Below, piece after piece: positions 25,551 through 38,887 of a stretch of DNA of 64,000 nucleotides (within the stretch, counting starts at the first letter, position 1; each line of letters opens with the position of its first letter). The DNA lies in NCBI GenBank assembly GCA_965153285.1, contig OZ229111.1. One strand, 5' to 3'. A program made the translations under genes and the position numbers. This DNA comes from Podarcis tiliguerta (Eukaryota). Under the pieces are notes generated by a model, which saw only the letters and a program-made list of their open reading frames with translations, ran no database searches and had not been told where the DNA came from.

Positions 25551-28500
25551 CCCCTCTCCCTCCCCCCACCCCCCGTGTCAGTAACATCCATACAGTTGAG
25601 TGTACATAAAATAATGACAGGTTCTATCCCTTGTTTCCCAGATAAGAATTAAGTAAATAAAACATACTTCTTGTTGTTCTGCATTTTTAATGACATTTTT
25701 AAATTTGGATGATTTAAGGAACTATTATTCCACCTTAGAAAAAGTTTCAGCTAAGTTTGTGTGTTCATTCTCTCTGAATATTTAGAGCATACAAGCTCCA
25801 CACTTGGAAGTCTGTCTTCATAGCTATGGGCTAAAAACTGGGCCTTTTAAAAGTGTGAAAGCTGAAGCTTTTGTAATGCATCCAGTATCAAGATCTCTTC
25901 CTTTTCTTTGCGTCTTCGCAACTGGGACATGTACACCTACTGAAGTATTGTGACTAGACAGGGCTGAAGTGCAGCATCTAAAACATCTCCCTGAACACAA
26001 TAGGAGATGGAATAAACATTTTTCTTGCAATAATGTATCATTCCCTTTAGGCCCATCTTAAATGCCTTGAACACCATCTTTTCAACAACCCAAATCGTTC
26101 CCCTTTATCTTTAGTCCTCCATTGTTTTGATGTCTGCTAGATTCCAGTAACCCAGAGTTGGGACAAATTCTGATTCGTCATCAGGTATCCTGGGTTTCAT
26201 CCTATAAAAGGGCTGTGCTTTCAGAGGCAAGGGATGTGCTGCTCCAAGCTGTGAGCTACTAACTTATTTTGCTCTGAATAATCATAGCATAGCATTTCCT
26301 GTGTCTGGAATTCTGCTACATTGCCCTTTTCCACAGTTGCATCTTTGTTGCGGGACAAGAATGAACAATTAGGAGCAGTTTTGTAACACATTTTAAGTAG
26401 TGCTTATCTATACATATACTGTTTGCCCTAACACTGCCTTCAATGTTAAGAGGGTTTTTGTTTGTTTTTGTTTTACCTTTCTGCGTTTCTGATACTAAAT
26501 CATTAAGGGCTTATCTTCACATGTTTGCATTTCTGAGTTTAAACTAGAGCAGTTGCTTGCTGCCAAAGTGGGAGCCTTCAGTTCTCAATTCTTCTTGTTT
26601 AGATTGGCCAAAAACTCTCACCTGCACTTCAAAGCTTCATGCAGGTGCATTGTGCATGGGACAAAATACTAATGTGGTGATGTTTGTGTCACAGGGAAGA
26701 GGGGACCATTGCAGGAGATACTGCTGACAAAACTGTTTTTCAGAATGGCTCTGTCATGATAACCTTACTCATTAAAACTTCTCACTCTCATACATTCTGA
26801 CTTTATTAAAACCTTCACAGCATATTCACAAAGGGACTATGGGTTTCCTCTTGAAACACAATTTTTAAATGCCCAGGAGAGGACAAAGTTGAATGAAAAA
26901 GCATTAAGCAATAATTGATTTGTGAGAGCAAGCTCTGAGACTTGTTGCTATGGCTCTCTGGCGTACTTGTCTCATGTCCTTTAGAGATTTTAGTACAATT
27001 GCTCCTGCTTTCCATCTGTGCAAATGAAACCAGGTGGCCTGCCTCAGGGCTTTAAATGGCCATTAGCTGATTAGGATTTAGGTTATGGCTCTGTTGGCTT
27101 AGGGAAAGTATTACTGTGGCCTTGGACAAAGCTATAACTTTAAAAAAAACATGGTTTGATTTTTAATTGTGTTTTAAGATTGTTTAATCTGGTGCCTCTA
27201 TTCTTGTGGACTCGTGGTAAGAGAAAAAAGGTTTTCTACATTCAATATAGTTGGGTTCTCCCCCAACCCCATTTCTTTGGAGGTACCAAGTCCTCCTACA
27301 TCTTGAAAGAGGTTGGATGTAGTGTCTGGGTTTAAAATGACTTTTGGGGAGAGTCTGTGGATGGTTTTCTTCTTTGCTTAGGCCTCACATAATGTCATAT
27401 TTGAATTTGGGAAGTTTTCTCCTAGATTAAAAGTCTGTTTGTCTCAGATAGTGGTACTGAAAACCACCACCACCACATTTTCCTGTAGTGTGTGGTTCTT
27501 TTATTGTCTGGTACTATCTGTTCTGTGGGCATTTTGAGCGGTTCTCCTCCCTGCTGCCCTCGGCTTGTGAGATGTTATAGTCTGCATTATGTAGGTCAAT
27601 TCAAGATGAGTTGTTAGGTAGCAGGACTGCCTTGATGTAAGTCACTGGGCTAGGTTATCTTCAGCCATATGAGTCATTGAAGCCAAATAGTCTTTCGTTC
27701 TTCCAGTGCACGTTTTAGGAGAAGTGTGTCCTGTATAAACATGTCTTTTAATTTCAGCATTTCCTCCAGTTTGGATCATTGCCATTACCCTCCAGAGACA
27801 CCAAATAATTTAAGCCACTGGAGTGTTCAAGAGATGAACATTGTGTGGTTGTAATGCTGATATGTGAAAGACACAGAAGAAAGACACAGAATATATAATG
27901 CTTTGTACAAGATGATGCAAACTGTAATGTGTTTGTGTGTGTCTTGGGGAATCTTTGTTGGTTTAAGTATTGTTCACAATAAGAGTTTTGTTCTAAAATA
28001 GAATTTTAAAGGCTTCAGTGAGGTTAGTACAATGTACATTAAAGAAAAGGGTTTGTGTGTCCTTCCATTTACAAAGCCAAACAATACCAGAAATAACTGG
28101 TGTTGGGGGTTTTTATTTTAAAAAATGCATGTTGAAAAGAAGACCAAACCCATGATTTAAGGATGTATTATAGTTTTTTTTAAAAAATCAACTGAAATCC
28201 CCATGAGATTGGCAGCTAAGAGCTTTTCTAAAACTAGCAGTGAGGGATACGCTGTGGGCCCCAATTCCATTCCAGTCAGGTTTCTCCAAATCCTCATGTG
28301 TCTGGATTAAATCACTAAATTAAATTAAAAGATATATAAATAAGTGTGATTTAAACTGTGTAAGGGGCTGCAGTATGAGTGGGGAATGATTTGGATTGTT
28401 TGCAAACTAGTCTTCTGAAAAAAGCTAAAATATAATCACTGCAACAGATGTGTTGCTGGTTACCAATACAGCTACCACTGCCACCACTTTCTCCAACCTC

Positions 28501-29392
28501 AGGATGGTGATATTATGTGAGCTGAGACATCTCGTATTCCATTTTGAATAGTCCATATTCTCCTTTCATTTCCTATGAGCTGCTTCTTCAATCCCACATT
28601 CTCTATTTCTATCAGCCGCACCAAAGATTGACCAATCAATGTAAAATAGTTGAGGTAATTACAGCCAATAACATGCTCACTTATCATATGTCAATTTATG
28701 ACAATATTTTACCACTGTCATTTTGGGGTGTACATGTACGCCATTGGTCCACCACTCACAGATTGACAAGGCTGGTTATTGAAATGCTAGAGATATTTCC
28801 CCATACACTGTCCAAAACACTTTCGTGATCAGAAGTATCTGGAAATAGGATACGATTACTTAGGTACCAATTGAAGCTATCCTTTGCTGTGGACTTCAGA
28901 ATGGTAGAGAATGAGGCACCCACTGGAATGCGAATGTGTTGTCAGACAAGGTTGATGTCTGGTGCATGGAAAATGCTTTTTGCCACTCTTTCCTCTGCAT
29001 CTCTTGTGGAAGATGCTGGTTTTACGCTTGCAAAATATCTTGTCAAAAACGATGCTCGCTATGGGGCAACTATATTTACAGTGCTCTTTCATTGTCCCAA
29101 TCCCGCTAAAGAAAAAGTGCTGTATGCTTTAAAAGGGTAACTGACAGGTGTCCATTCTAGTAAAGGATAACATGACCCATTCATTTCCTTCAGGATAATT
29201 CCCTATTGTATAATCGCAACATGCTTTCCTGTTTGTTTTGTTTTTTAAATAACCCCTGGCCTAAACTTCCTGTTCATCAGCTTGGAATGATGGTAGCATT
29301 TTGGCTATACAACTGCTTTTCCATCTTTTGACATTACTCATCAACCTCTTAAAATTCTCCGGATTTATCCAATGCATAATAAAATTCCTATC

Positions 29393-29421
29393 ATCTATCT
29401 ATCTATCTATCTATCTATCTA
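29393..29421. repeat. (ATCT)n microsatellite
   Basis: About 7 perfect units. Confidence 0.95.
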
Positions 29422-29615
29422 ATTTTTTGGCTTGATATTCTTCTCTGCTTGTACATTCAAGGAATGGGATAGGGATTATACAAAATGTAGATGTTTGTGT
29501 ATGTGTGTGCGCGCACACACACTTTTTATACCTTAAGATCATAAACTATGTGAAGGTGTGCTGAAGAATGTGTTTGAAGATAGTGAAACAGTTTGTTGCT
29601 GTACAACAGGATGTA

Positions 29616-29842
29616 CAGTAAGCAGGCAGGTTATGCAGGGGTTATGTTCCGGCGGATTGTGCCTAAAGCCAAATTATGCATAGTCAAAATCTATTGAGCT
29701 CAATGGTAAGTGGGATTGCCAAAGTCATTTCCCCCAGAACCTCACACCCTTTCTCCACCCTTTTAATTTTTATTCATTTATTTTGCCCGCACATAAAGCT
29801 GAATGTGCAAAAGTTAAATGCACATATGTTGTGGGCTTGCTG
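29616..29842. mobile_element. Old Tigger-like MITE
   Basis: TA|cagtaagc...gcttgctg|TA with degenerate TIRs. Confidence 0.5.
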
Positions 29843-31298
29843 TATTTATTGAAATATTCCTCTCTCCACCACTCCTTATGGCAGCCATTCCTGGACAAGG
29901 CAGTTGAGTTATGTTCTGACTGTGGCCGTTGTCATCTATATACTTAGTCAACTAAGAAGAATGAAACAATGACTATTTTGGAGGAAGGGACACCCATTAA
30001 AAACTCAATAAGCAGATACTAAGAATGGTTTTCTTGGCAGTCAGTGCCAATATATCTAGATCAGATTGTGCAGAAACTGTGCTATTGTACTGACTATAAG
30101 TAGATGGAGAGTTTTCCCGTTCACAAGGCAAGCGGTACAGTGTATTGTATAGGCCAATAGTGATAAGTGGGAGCAGTTTGCCGCTTAATCACAAAAGTGT
30201 ATGTGTCACAGGCCTTAATGCATTTGTGCCTGGCGGTCTTTGATTCTGTTCTCTGGCCTTATCATGCTCTTATTGAAGGTGGCGATAAAGCTTCCGCTAT
30301 TGGTGTAAACAACGCTGCCCTGAATGCCTGAGAACGTTTACCCCGTTGGACCTATCTATAACTCACTATTTATTAAGTGTACTGCTATTATGTGCCTCTC
30401 CATTCTTTCCCGTATCTCTCCATTCTTAAGATAAGTGTAATGAAAAGAAATATCTTAAGAATTCAGTTTCTGTTTCTAGTTCTCATATAAAGATAAACTT
30501 GTTTGCATGTGCTCTTCCATGTAACTCCTGAAATGCCTTATGTTTCCCACCTCTTCATGGTTGCCACGTACTTAGGTGTTACTGTAACAGAAGTGATGCT
30601 CCCAGGACGCTCTGGCCAGAAACACTTATTTTCACCTTCAGCAAGTTGCTAGTCTCTCAGTTCTTCCAGCTGAATCTCTTGCACCAGAGAGTGGTTTGTG
30701 GCCCATGTGGTTCACTTGGGAAGTGCAAGTACTTCCCTCCCAGTTATTTATTTAGATTTGCTAGTCATCTTGGTTCTCTCCTTTTGGAAAATTTTTCTTA
30801 AAACATATCTGTCATCCTTTGGCAGGATGTTTACATTACAAACAGGCTTGTATAACCTCCTGAGAGGCACTGCTGCTGCTAAGGATTTGGCCTGCTAAAG
30901 ATATCATTCAAGAGGTATTGTTGCCAGCTTTGTTCCTTTATCATTATTATTATACTGGCACGTTTTCTAAACCCTTTGCAAGCTTGTACTGCAGACATTG
31001 GGAGGTGAGAATACTTAGCTCCATACCATAAAAACCTCCATCTGCTGATTTCTGCAGATAAAAAGCAGGGAAGCAGGGCAGTCCTAAGGGGGAGGTAAAA
31101 AAAAAAAAAATCTCACCAAAACTGACAGGATGCCTGTCTTGCTGCCCTGTCCTGTGCATGTTTACTTGTACATAAACACCACTTAACACAGTGTTTGCAG
31201 GCTGGAATGGGTTGGATTGCATTCTTGAGCTCCTTCCATAGAAAGGTCTGTAGAGACGGAGAGACCCTGTGAAATGCTTTCAGAATCTGCAACTATTA

Positions 31299-31560
31299 GG
31301 CTGCATTCATACCACACATTTAAAGCACTATGATACACTTCAAACAGCCTTGGCCTCCGAAGAATTCTGGGAGCTGTAGTTTGTTCAGAGACCCCTCTTC
31401 CCCACAGAGAGCTACAATACCTAGAGTTCTTGTGAAGAGGGATTGATTGTTTAACCACTCTGGAAAATGGCAGCTCTGTGAATTCCCAGGATTATTTGGA
31501 GGAAGCCATGACTGTTTAAAGCGGTATCACAATGCTTTAAATGTATGGTGTGGACGTGGC
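31299..31560. mobile_element. PIF/Harbinger-like MITE
   Basis: ~50-bp imperfect TIRs (accacacatttaaagcactatgatac / gtatcacaatgctttaaatgtatggt), flanked by TTA on both sides. Confidence 0.75.
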
Positions 31561-32319
31561 TTAGGAGTGCAACACCTGACTGGGCTTTTTCTGAATGCAC
31601 TTTTATACAATCAAAAGAGCCTGTCTGGGTGTTGGGAGGGAAATAATGGGAGAGAATTGGCAGGAATCAATTGTGAAGTAGAGTTCTTCTGGGCTGTGAG
31701 GTCAGCTAATACTTTTTGGTATGCATTTTAATTACTGTTAAGTAAAAGAAGTAAGTCACAAATGTTAGGAATGTGTTGTTTGTTTTTAAGGAGAGGTGTT
31801 GCCATTATTTGAAACAATTGTCACTTGCACAATATCAATTCAAAAATATTGAAGCTCCTGCTGTGAAGGTATTTTAAAATATATTTAAACAAATCCCTAT
31901 TCCTCCCAAGTATAAAGTGCCAAGCAGGACCTTAGTGCAGTTTTGTTTTCCAGCTATGTTAATATTTCGGCATGTGGCTACTTGCAATTACAATAAAACT
32001 GTTTTGACATTTGTGTTTGGGGTTTATTAGGGTGGAAGCTTTAATCTTGTCTCACTGAGCTATTTTGTGTGTGTGTTGTTCATTAAAAATAAGGGAAGTG
32101 ATTACTGAATATTTGCCATGACACTGTTCCTGCCATAAGGGGAAGTCATAGGACAGACTTACAAAAACAGTTTCATTAGGAGCCAATTTCCCCCACCTCC
32201 GCCCTAGGGCTGCTTCATTTAGCTTTGGGGGTTTCTGACGGCCCTATTTTATCTTGTAGTTCAGTGTAATAAAGATTGGATAAGGGAAAATGCATGCTGC
32301 TTATGCTAAAACACAATTA

Positions 32320-32663
32320 AGTAAAGGTAAAGGTACCCCTGCCCGTACAGGCCAGACTCTAGGGTTGTGCGCTCATCTCACTCTAGAGGCCGGGAGCTAG
32401 CACTGTCCGCAGACACTTCCGGGTCACGTGGCCAGCGTGACAAGCTGCATCTGGCGAGCCAGCGCAGCACACAGAACGCCGTTTAGCTTCCCGCTGGTAA
32501 GCGGTCACTATTTATCTACTTGCACCCGGGGGTGCTTTCGAACTGCTAGGTTGGCAGGCGCTGGGACCGAATGACGGGAGCGCACCCCGCCGCGGGGATT
32601 CGAACCGCCGAATACGATCGGCAAGTCCTAGGCGCTGAGGTTTTACAGCGCCACCCGCGTCCC
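32320..32663 (-). mobile_element. Sauria SINE, full length, with 12-bp target-site duplication
   Basis: B box at 32596-32606; tail gtaaaggtaaaggt; perfect TSD AAAACACAATTA at 32308-32319 and 32664-32675. Confidence 0.93.
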
Positions 32664-33269
32664 AAAACACAATTATGATGCCCCAAATGGATTTTCAGAA
32701 TTTAAGCCATCAGCAGCCAACATTTGAAGCAACATACAATTGAAAACTAGTTCTTAGAGCTACAAAGCATGTTGTGGATACTAAGCAGGCCAAAGATAGC
32801 ACTTAGAGCTCAGAACCAGGGGCCTTTTAGGGATGGTTAAATGCTTGGTTGCCTGGGGTGGTCCAACAGTTGATTGCAGATTAGTTACTAACTTGGTGAC
32901 TCACTTTCTCTTTTTAAATGATGGGCAGGTCATCTTGGAGGTGTTCAGTGCCACTAAGATAAATCTGCCACCTCCTTTTGTTGATATGCTGTCATTGTTC
33001 CAAACATACAATCTACCTGTCTGCTTCTGAGTTCATGAGTAGAGGAGGGCACTGTTGCTTCAAGTCACTTCCAACATGTATTGGGGACCAAGAAGAGGCA
33101 GAAGGGTGGCAGCAAGTAATATTACCACATATCGGCAGCTTCTCTTTATGTCAGTCTTCCTCTCTGCTCTCATGTAGCACACATAGGCTGCCTGGGGTAC
33201 AGGGCTCCAGACTGGCTGCTTTCTCTGTCTTCTGGGATGCCTACTTAACAATTGCCCCAAGTTTTAGAT

Positions 33270-33499
33270 CAGGGGTCAGCAAACGTTTTCAGGAGACCTT
33301 GTGGGGGGCTGGACTATATTTTGAAAAAAAATATAATGAATGAATTCCTACGCCCCACAAATAACCCAGAGATGCATTTTAAATAAAAGGACACATTCCA
33401 CTCATGTAAAAACACGCTGATTCCCAGACCGTCCATGGGCCGGATTTAGAAGGCGATTAGGCCGGCTCTGGCTCCCGGACCTTAGTTTGCCTACCCATG
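33270..33499. mobile_element. Non-autonomous hAT-Charlie-type element, 230 bp
   Basis: TIRs caggggtcagcaaac / gtttgcctacccatg; perfect 8-bp TSD TTTTAGAT at 33262-33269 and 33500-33507. Confidence 0.88.
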
Positions 33500-33974
33500 T
33501 TTTAGATTGTAGAAGCAGTTGTTGAGCAAATCTGTTTATGTCAGCAATGAAATTGTCTAGTCAGTTCCTCTTTTGACCCCAAATGTAGCAGTGTGACTAC
33601 TGCAGTTTGTATCTCCCCACCTCAACCTAGTGTGCTAAGGGGTTTTTTTGTGTGTGTTTCTGTTGAGGTGTCAGTTATGTCTAGCAATGTATTCATTTAA
33701 AAACTAGTTCCAGCTGAACACTGGCTGAGAGACAGAATTTTTCTCCACTGGAAAAATGTCATTCTTAGTAGGATTACAAGAACAGGGAGCAGAGGAACTT
33801 TGTCCAAATAAGGAGTGTGTTTGTATCTGATTAGTCTGTTAAAATCTAGCCTAGAATCTGCACATATCAGTAGCTGGGGGGGGGGGGCGAGCAGTTTTCT
33901 TAGCATTGCAACCTAAATTAGCAAATTCCTAACAATGTCTCTTCTTCCTGTTTTTTTTTTCTATTTATCTGCAG

Positions 33975-34535
33975 ACACCAGTCAACAGGCTCGCTCTGTA
34001 TCCCACAGGCCTTATTACACACTGCCTAACAGTAGCCATGAGAGGCGGTCTGTCCTCACCATTACTGAACCTCCGCGATTCCATTTCCAGGCCAAAGGAA
34101 AAAACATACGCCTGGATGCCCATTCCCGCAAAGCCACTCGGAGGAACAGTTTCTGCAACGGCGTCACTTTCACCAACCGGCCCATCCACCTCTACGAGAA
34201 AGTGCGTCTCAAGCTGGTGTCCGTGCACCACGGGTGGAGCGGGGCCCTGCGCTTTGGCTTCACCACTCACGATCCATCGCAGATGAGCGCAGACGACATA
34301 CCAAAATACGCCTGCCCAGACCTGGTGACACGGCCAGGCTTCTGGGCCAAAGCCCTGCCAGAGAGGTTTGCACTAAGAGACAACATCTTGGCGTTCTGGG
34401 TCGACCGCCATGGGAGAGTTTTCTATAGCGTTAATGACGAAGAGCCAATTCTGTTTCACTGTGGCGTCAAAGTCTCCGGGCCTCTCTGGGCACTGATAGA
34501 TGTCTATGGAATCACTCATGAAGTGCAAATACTAG
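33975..34535 (+). CDS. NEURL1B: NEURL1B coding exon 2 (Neuralized homology repeat 1)
   Basis: Translation PPRFHFQAKGKNIRLDAHSRKATRRNSFCNGVTFTNRP...DIPKYACPDLVTRPGFWAKALPE...LWALIDVYGITHEVQIL matches vertebrate NEURL1B NHR1. Polypyrimidine tract plus gcag acceptor ends at 33974; donor CTAG|gtaggt at 34536; 561 nt, phase 1-1. Confidence 0.96.
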
Positions 34536-34689
34536 GTAGGTGTATATGGTCTGTTAAAAAAATCTCCTTCTGTATAGACCCTTTTGTCATATCTCCCTTC
34601 TCTCAGAACAAGCTGTGTGAGTTAGGGTAGTGGTACTTATGTTGTAAAGTGTAAAGCCCAGATACTAAGCTTGCATTTTCATTTTCATC

Positions 34690-34860
34690 ACTGTTACTGG
34701 GACTCGGGTTCAAATCCCTACCTAGGTATGAAGCTCACGGTCTCTGCCAAGCCTACCTCACAGGCTTGCTGTGAGGATAATAATGGAGAAGGAAAGAACC
34801 AGATGTGCCACCAAGAGCTCTTGGAGGAAAGGCGGAATGTAAATGTAATAAATAAATGAA
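34690..34860 (+). mobile_element. Old MIR-like SINE
   Basis: B box ggttcaaatcc; CORE motif cctacctcacaggcttgctgtgaggataa; tail aataaataaat. Confidence 0.7.
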
Positions 34861-37084
34861 ATAAGCAAGCCCCTGCTTGCAAATGTGAAATCTTCAGGTG
34901 GGCATTCAGCTCCCTCGTGGTTAAATTGGATTGCACCATGGGGCAGATAAGCTGGCAACAGATATTTTCCCCCCAATTACAGTTGTCTAAATTAATACGC
35001 CAACACTTCAGAAATTTAAAACCAATGCCAGAAACTGCTCATAGTATTTATATTGGTAGCCTGTTCCTATTACATAAACTCACTTGATAAAACTGCAGGT
35101 GTATTTGTTGCATAGGTGCCCTTGGTGTGAGATAGCTTTTAACTTTTGGATCTGTGAGCCCCACAACCAAGGAGACCAAGCCAATGAAATGAGGCCTCTT
35201 CCCCTTGCATTGGCTCCACAGATTGCCAGCTGTGTGTACCATGCAGTGCCATGACTCATCCTCCCTCTCCAGCTCAGGCTTTATAACCATTATCTCCTCT
35301 GACGGCCACTTAGAGCCTCTCATGTGGCATTCCTGCCCTATCGGGGTTTTTTAGAAAGCACAGCACCTTGACACAAGAGAAACGCCAGCTTCTCTGCTTA
35401 TCAGAGGACTCCAGCGAGGGCAGCAATGTCGTAATTCTCTTTCCAAGAGTTTGGAAGCTTTTCCAAAGCATTGGGTTTTTCCTCTTCTTGAATCTATTCC
35501 GTCCAGGCAAGAGATTCCTCACTCTTGATTTATCACCTTGTCCTGTAGAGTTCAGGTGATAGCTTGGCTTCAGTTGGCGTACCTAGAAGTACAGCTCAAT
35601 GAGCCATGATTGTGGACTTATTTTTGTCCTTATAGACAAGCCTGATAGTATGTGTTTACAAAGCACTAGGGATCTTGGATGCTGCCTGTGATGTAATCTG
35701 CTGCCTCCAGTGTTCTCAGAACATGAGCACTAATACATGCGTCTGGTGTACTCCGGGGTTATCTGAATAAAGCTGTCACAACCCCCTCCCCCTTTCTGGT
35801 ATTGGTTTACTACACATATCTGCAGCTCTACAGTTGACTTCAAAGGACAGATTTGGCATTCCTGTCATCTTAATTGTGGACATGATTGTTAAAGATAACG
35901 TAGCTTCAGCAATAATGACATAATGAATGCATTAATGGAGAATAGTTCAAATCATTCTTAAATAGGCACAGTTTAAATTGGGGCTCTTAAAATTTTGAAA
36001 ACCACCACCACAACCTCTCCCCATCTCCCCAAATTCTAAAGCCTCCTTTCCATGTCCTTCCACACCCCAAACAAGGGACACTTTCCCTGCTTAAAATTAA
36101 ACAATCACCTAGGAATAGTTAAGTGCCTTGCCAAAAGGCTATTGAAATTTATTCTGTGCCTTGCATAAGTGGGTATTTATGCCATACCAAGACCTAGCGT
36201 GATTCTGAAAATTGTCTTTACATTTTCACTGTGCCCTACTAAGCCTTGTCAGAAAGCTATGGTCTATAGTGTGTTAGATCCTGCATTATGACCCTGGGTA
36301 GAGTTGAAGGAGCACAGCTCCTATGAAGTGAATTATACAATGGCTAGCTTGTCAGTGGAGGCAGCAGGTAGAAACCAGGCCATTTCTCTCCCCCCCCTGT
36401 AGTCTGTGGAACTATAGTTTACAATGTGCTATAGCACTTGTTGGCCACAGTCAATTAATTTGGACTGTGTGCCAAAAGCCCATTAAAATAAATGAGCATA
36501 ACAGCACTTAACTCTTGCTGAATTTTGATCAGAGCCTTCAAAATACTTGGCCGCCTCTTTCCCTTCACAGCATCCATATGAAATAGATCACTATTATTAC
36601 CATTTTACAGGTAGAAATGTAAGAGAAAGTGAGGGCCAAGTTGGATCACTTTTGTAGTGTCAGTAATTGGGGAGTGGCTGGAAGACGGGAACAGAGGGTA
36701 TCCCAAATATAGAACTGTAGATGCTTCACAAAGCAGGATGCACTATGTACAAATTCATTATATCAACTCTTAAGATTGTAGATGTGAAGCTTTTATGACT
36801 TAAGCAATTAGAGAAAGCCACTCCTTTGAAATATTGAATTGGCTACTTAAGATCCTGAGGAGGAAGACAGGCTTTACTTTAAAACCCCCTCCCAGATTCC
36901 TTCTGTCAAGAAAAGCTATGTGGCTAATCAAAATTGAAAGCTGTTTATACATTTGATTTTTCCATATATTGCATTGATAATCAACTTTAAGCACTTCAGA
37001 TAAATTTTCAATACATTTCCACTTTTAAGGAGGCTAAAATGCATGCAAATGCAGCAGAGTTATGTGTAACTTAAAATCAAGTTT

Positions 37085-37178
37085 AACAGTGTAAACCTGT
37101 GTACGTTTTCCCAGAAGTAAATCCCACTTAATTCAGTGTGCTTTATTCCTAAGTAAGCACGCACAGTACTGCAGCCTT
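37085..37178. repeat. ~90-bp imperfect palindromic repeat family (other copies near 2001, 2100, 2540, 11978, 16105, 17949, 19840, 21975, 31145, 46526)
   Basis: Shared pattern gcaatcct...ttactcagaagtaagtccc...gggcttactccc...aggattgc; MITE-like. Confidence 0.7.
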
Positions 37179-38179
37179 AAGCTGCCATCCACAAGTCATG
37201 CCATGATTTCAGCATGAATTACTGTCTAGGTAGTGGCCCCCAGATTATAGATCTAAGATTTTGGGGAAATAATCTTATGATGATTCTTCCTTTAAGAAAT
37301 CTGAATGTCCTCAATCAAAATTTGCCGAAGTATCTTGCCCTTTGCTTTCCTCATACCCATTCTTTTTCTCGTTATCAACTCTCAATAACTATACAGGGGA
37401 ATGGTTCATATGGAGTGATGTGCTTCTAGTTTTATGCTTTGGGGCTAGAAATGTTTGTGTTTTTTTGTTAACATTGGGTGCTATCAGATGGGATGTTGTG
37501 CTGGGAGAGAGTTTGTCGCTTGTTCACATTGCCTGTCAGTAACAAATAGTCTAGTATGCTTTGAAACATTTTTTTAAAGGTCACTACTGCTATTTTAGCA
37601 TGCAAGTACATTACACACAATTTATTATTAATGGTCTAAAGTGATTAAATGCATTCTCTTTCCAGTCTCTCTTACATGAATTAAATTGGCAAGGACGGGG
37701 TGGGGGCGCAGAGGTATGAGAGAGATGAGACGAGGAAGGAATATTTATTCTCTCAAGTAGGTAGTGTAGTTTGCAGAATCTGCTTTTCTGCAATTGAGTG
37801 AGGCAGTGAACAGAAACCGGTCTCTTTTTGTGAGCACCAAATACAAGTCTGCAAGGAATAGAGGCCCCTGCATCGGGCAACCAGCTTGTAGTACGGTGTT
37901 CCATTGGACAGTGCTCCCGTAGAATAGCAAATATTGGTGGAGCTTTGTTTGATGGAAGAATTCCTAACTGCCTTGAAAATTCTGTGTTTCCAGATAGATT
38001 TTTCCTTCTTTATGTTCCTTTTGCCCACTTTAATTGGAAACACAATTGGACTAGGAAAAGTATCATATTTGATGTTTTAAGTATGATGAAGGAGTGGCCA
38101 AAAAGCAACGATCAAGCCAGGGTAAGCTGCCATTTTCAGCTTGCCTCTAATACAGCTTTTCCTTGTCATTGCCTCACAG

Positions 38180-38887
38180 ACAGCATTTTTGCCGAGACGA
38201 TGACCTCCACCCGTCTCAGCAACGCACGACTCAGCACTTGCCTTCCACAGAGCAGCCACGACTCAGCCAACTTCAACAACAACGAACTGGAGAACAACCA
38301 GGTGGTGGCCAAAATTGCTAATCTGAACTTGAGCCGTATGCCTGCGCTGCCGACAGATAATCACACCATCCCTTGCTGTCCAAGCAGGCGGCAGCTTGCC
38401 CAAGTGGTGCCTGCCTTTCTCGATACAGATCTGCGTTTCCACCCTACTCGTGGGCCCGACATTAACTTCTCTCAGGACCGGATGTCTGCCTGCACCAACT
38501 GGCAAGAGAGCAATAGGACTTTGGTGTTTTCTGACCGGCCTTTGCACGTTGGCGAAAGCCTCTTTGTGGAAGTTGGACACCTGGGGCTGCCGTACTATGG
38601 AGCCCTCACGTTTGGCATCACTTCTTGTGATCCTGGTACTTTACGAACAAATGAGCTCCCAGCGGATCCAGACTTCCTTCTGGATCGCAAGGAATACTGG
38701 GTGGTTTGCCGAGGTTTCCCAGTCCTCAACAATGGGGACATCCTCAGCTTTGTGGTCTTGCCAAATGGAGAAGTGCACCATGGAATAAACGGGATCAACC
38801 GTGGGATGCTGATGTGCGTTGATACCTCGCAGTCACTGTGGGTATTTTTCACGATCCATGGTGTAATCAATCAACTCAAAATATTAG
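38180..38887 (+). CDS. NEURL1B: NEURL1B coding exon 3 (linker and NHR2)
   Basis: DSIFAETMT...SSHDSANFNNNELENNQVVAK...DLRFHPTRGPD...FGITSCDPGTLRTNELPADPDFLLDRKEYWVV...QLKIL. Acceptor cctcacag at 38179, donor TTAG|gtaagt; 708 nt keeps frame with exon 2. Confidence 0.96.

Noticed and set aside
33935-33974. In-frame ATG upstream of NEURL1B exon 2 (MSLLPVFFFYLSA)
   Set aside because: This is the polypyrimidine tract and acceptor of the intron, not a credible N-terminus.
37945-38179. N-terminal extension of the 323-aa ORF
   Set aside because: Intronic read-through upstream of the exon 3 acceptor; no homology to Neuralized proteins.
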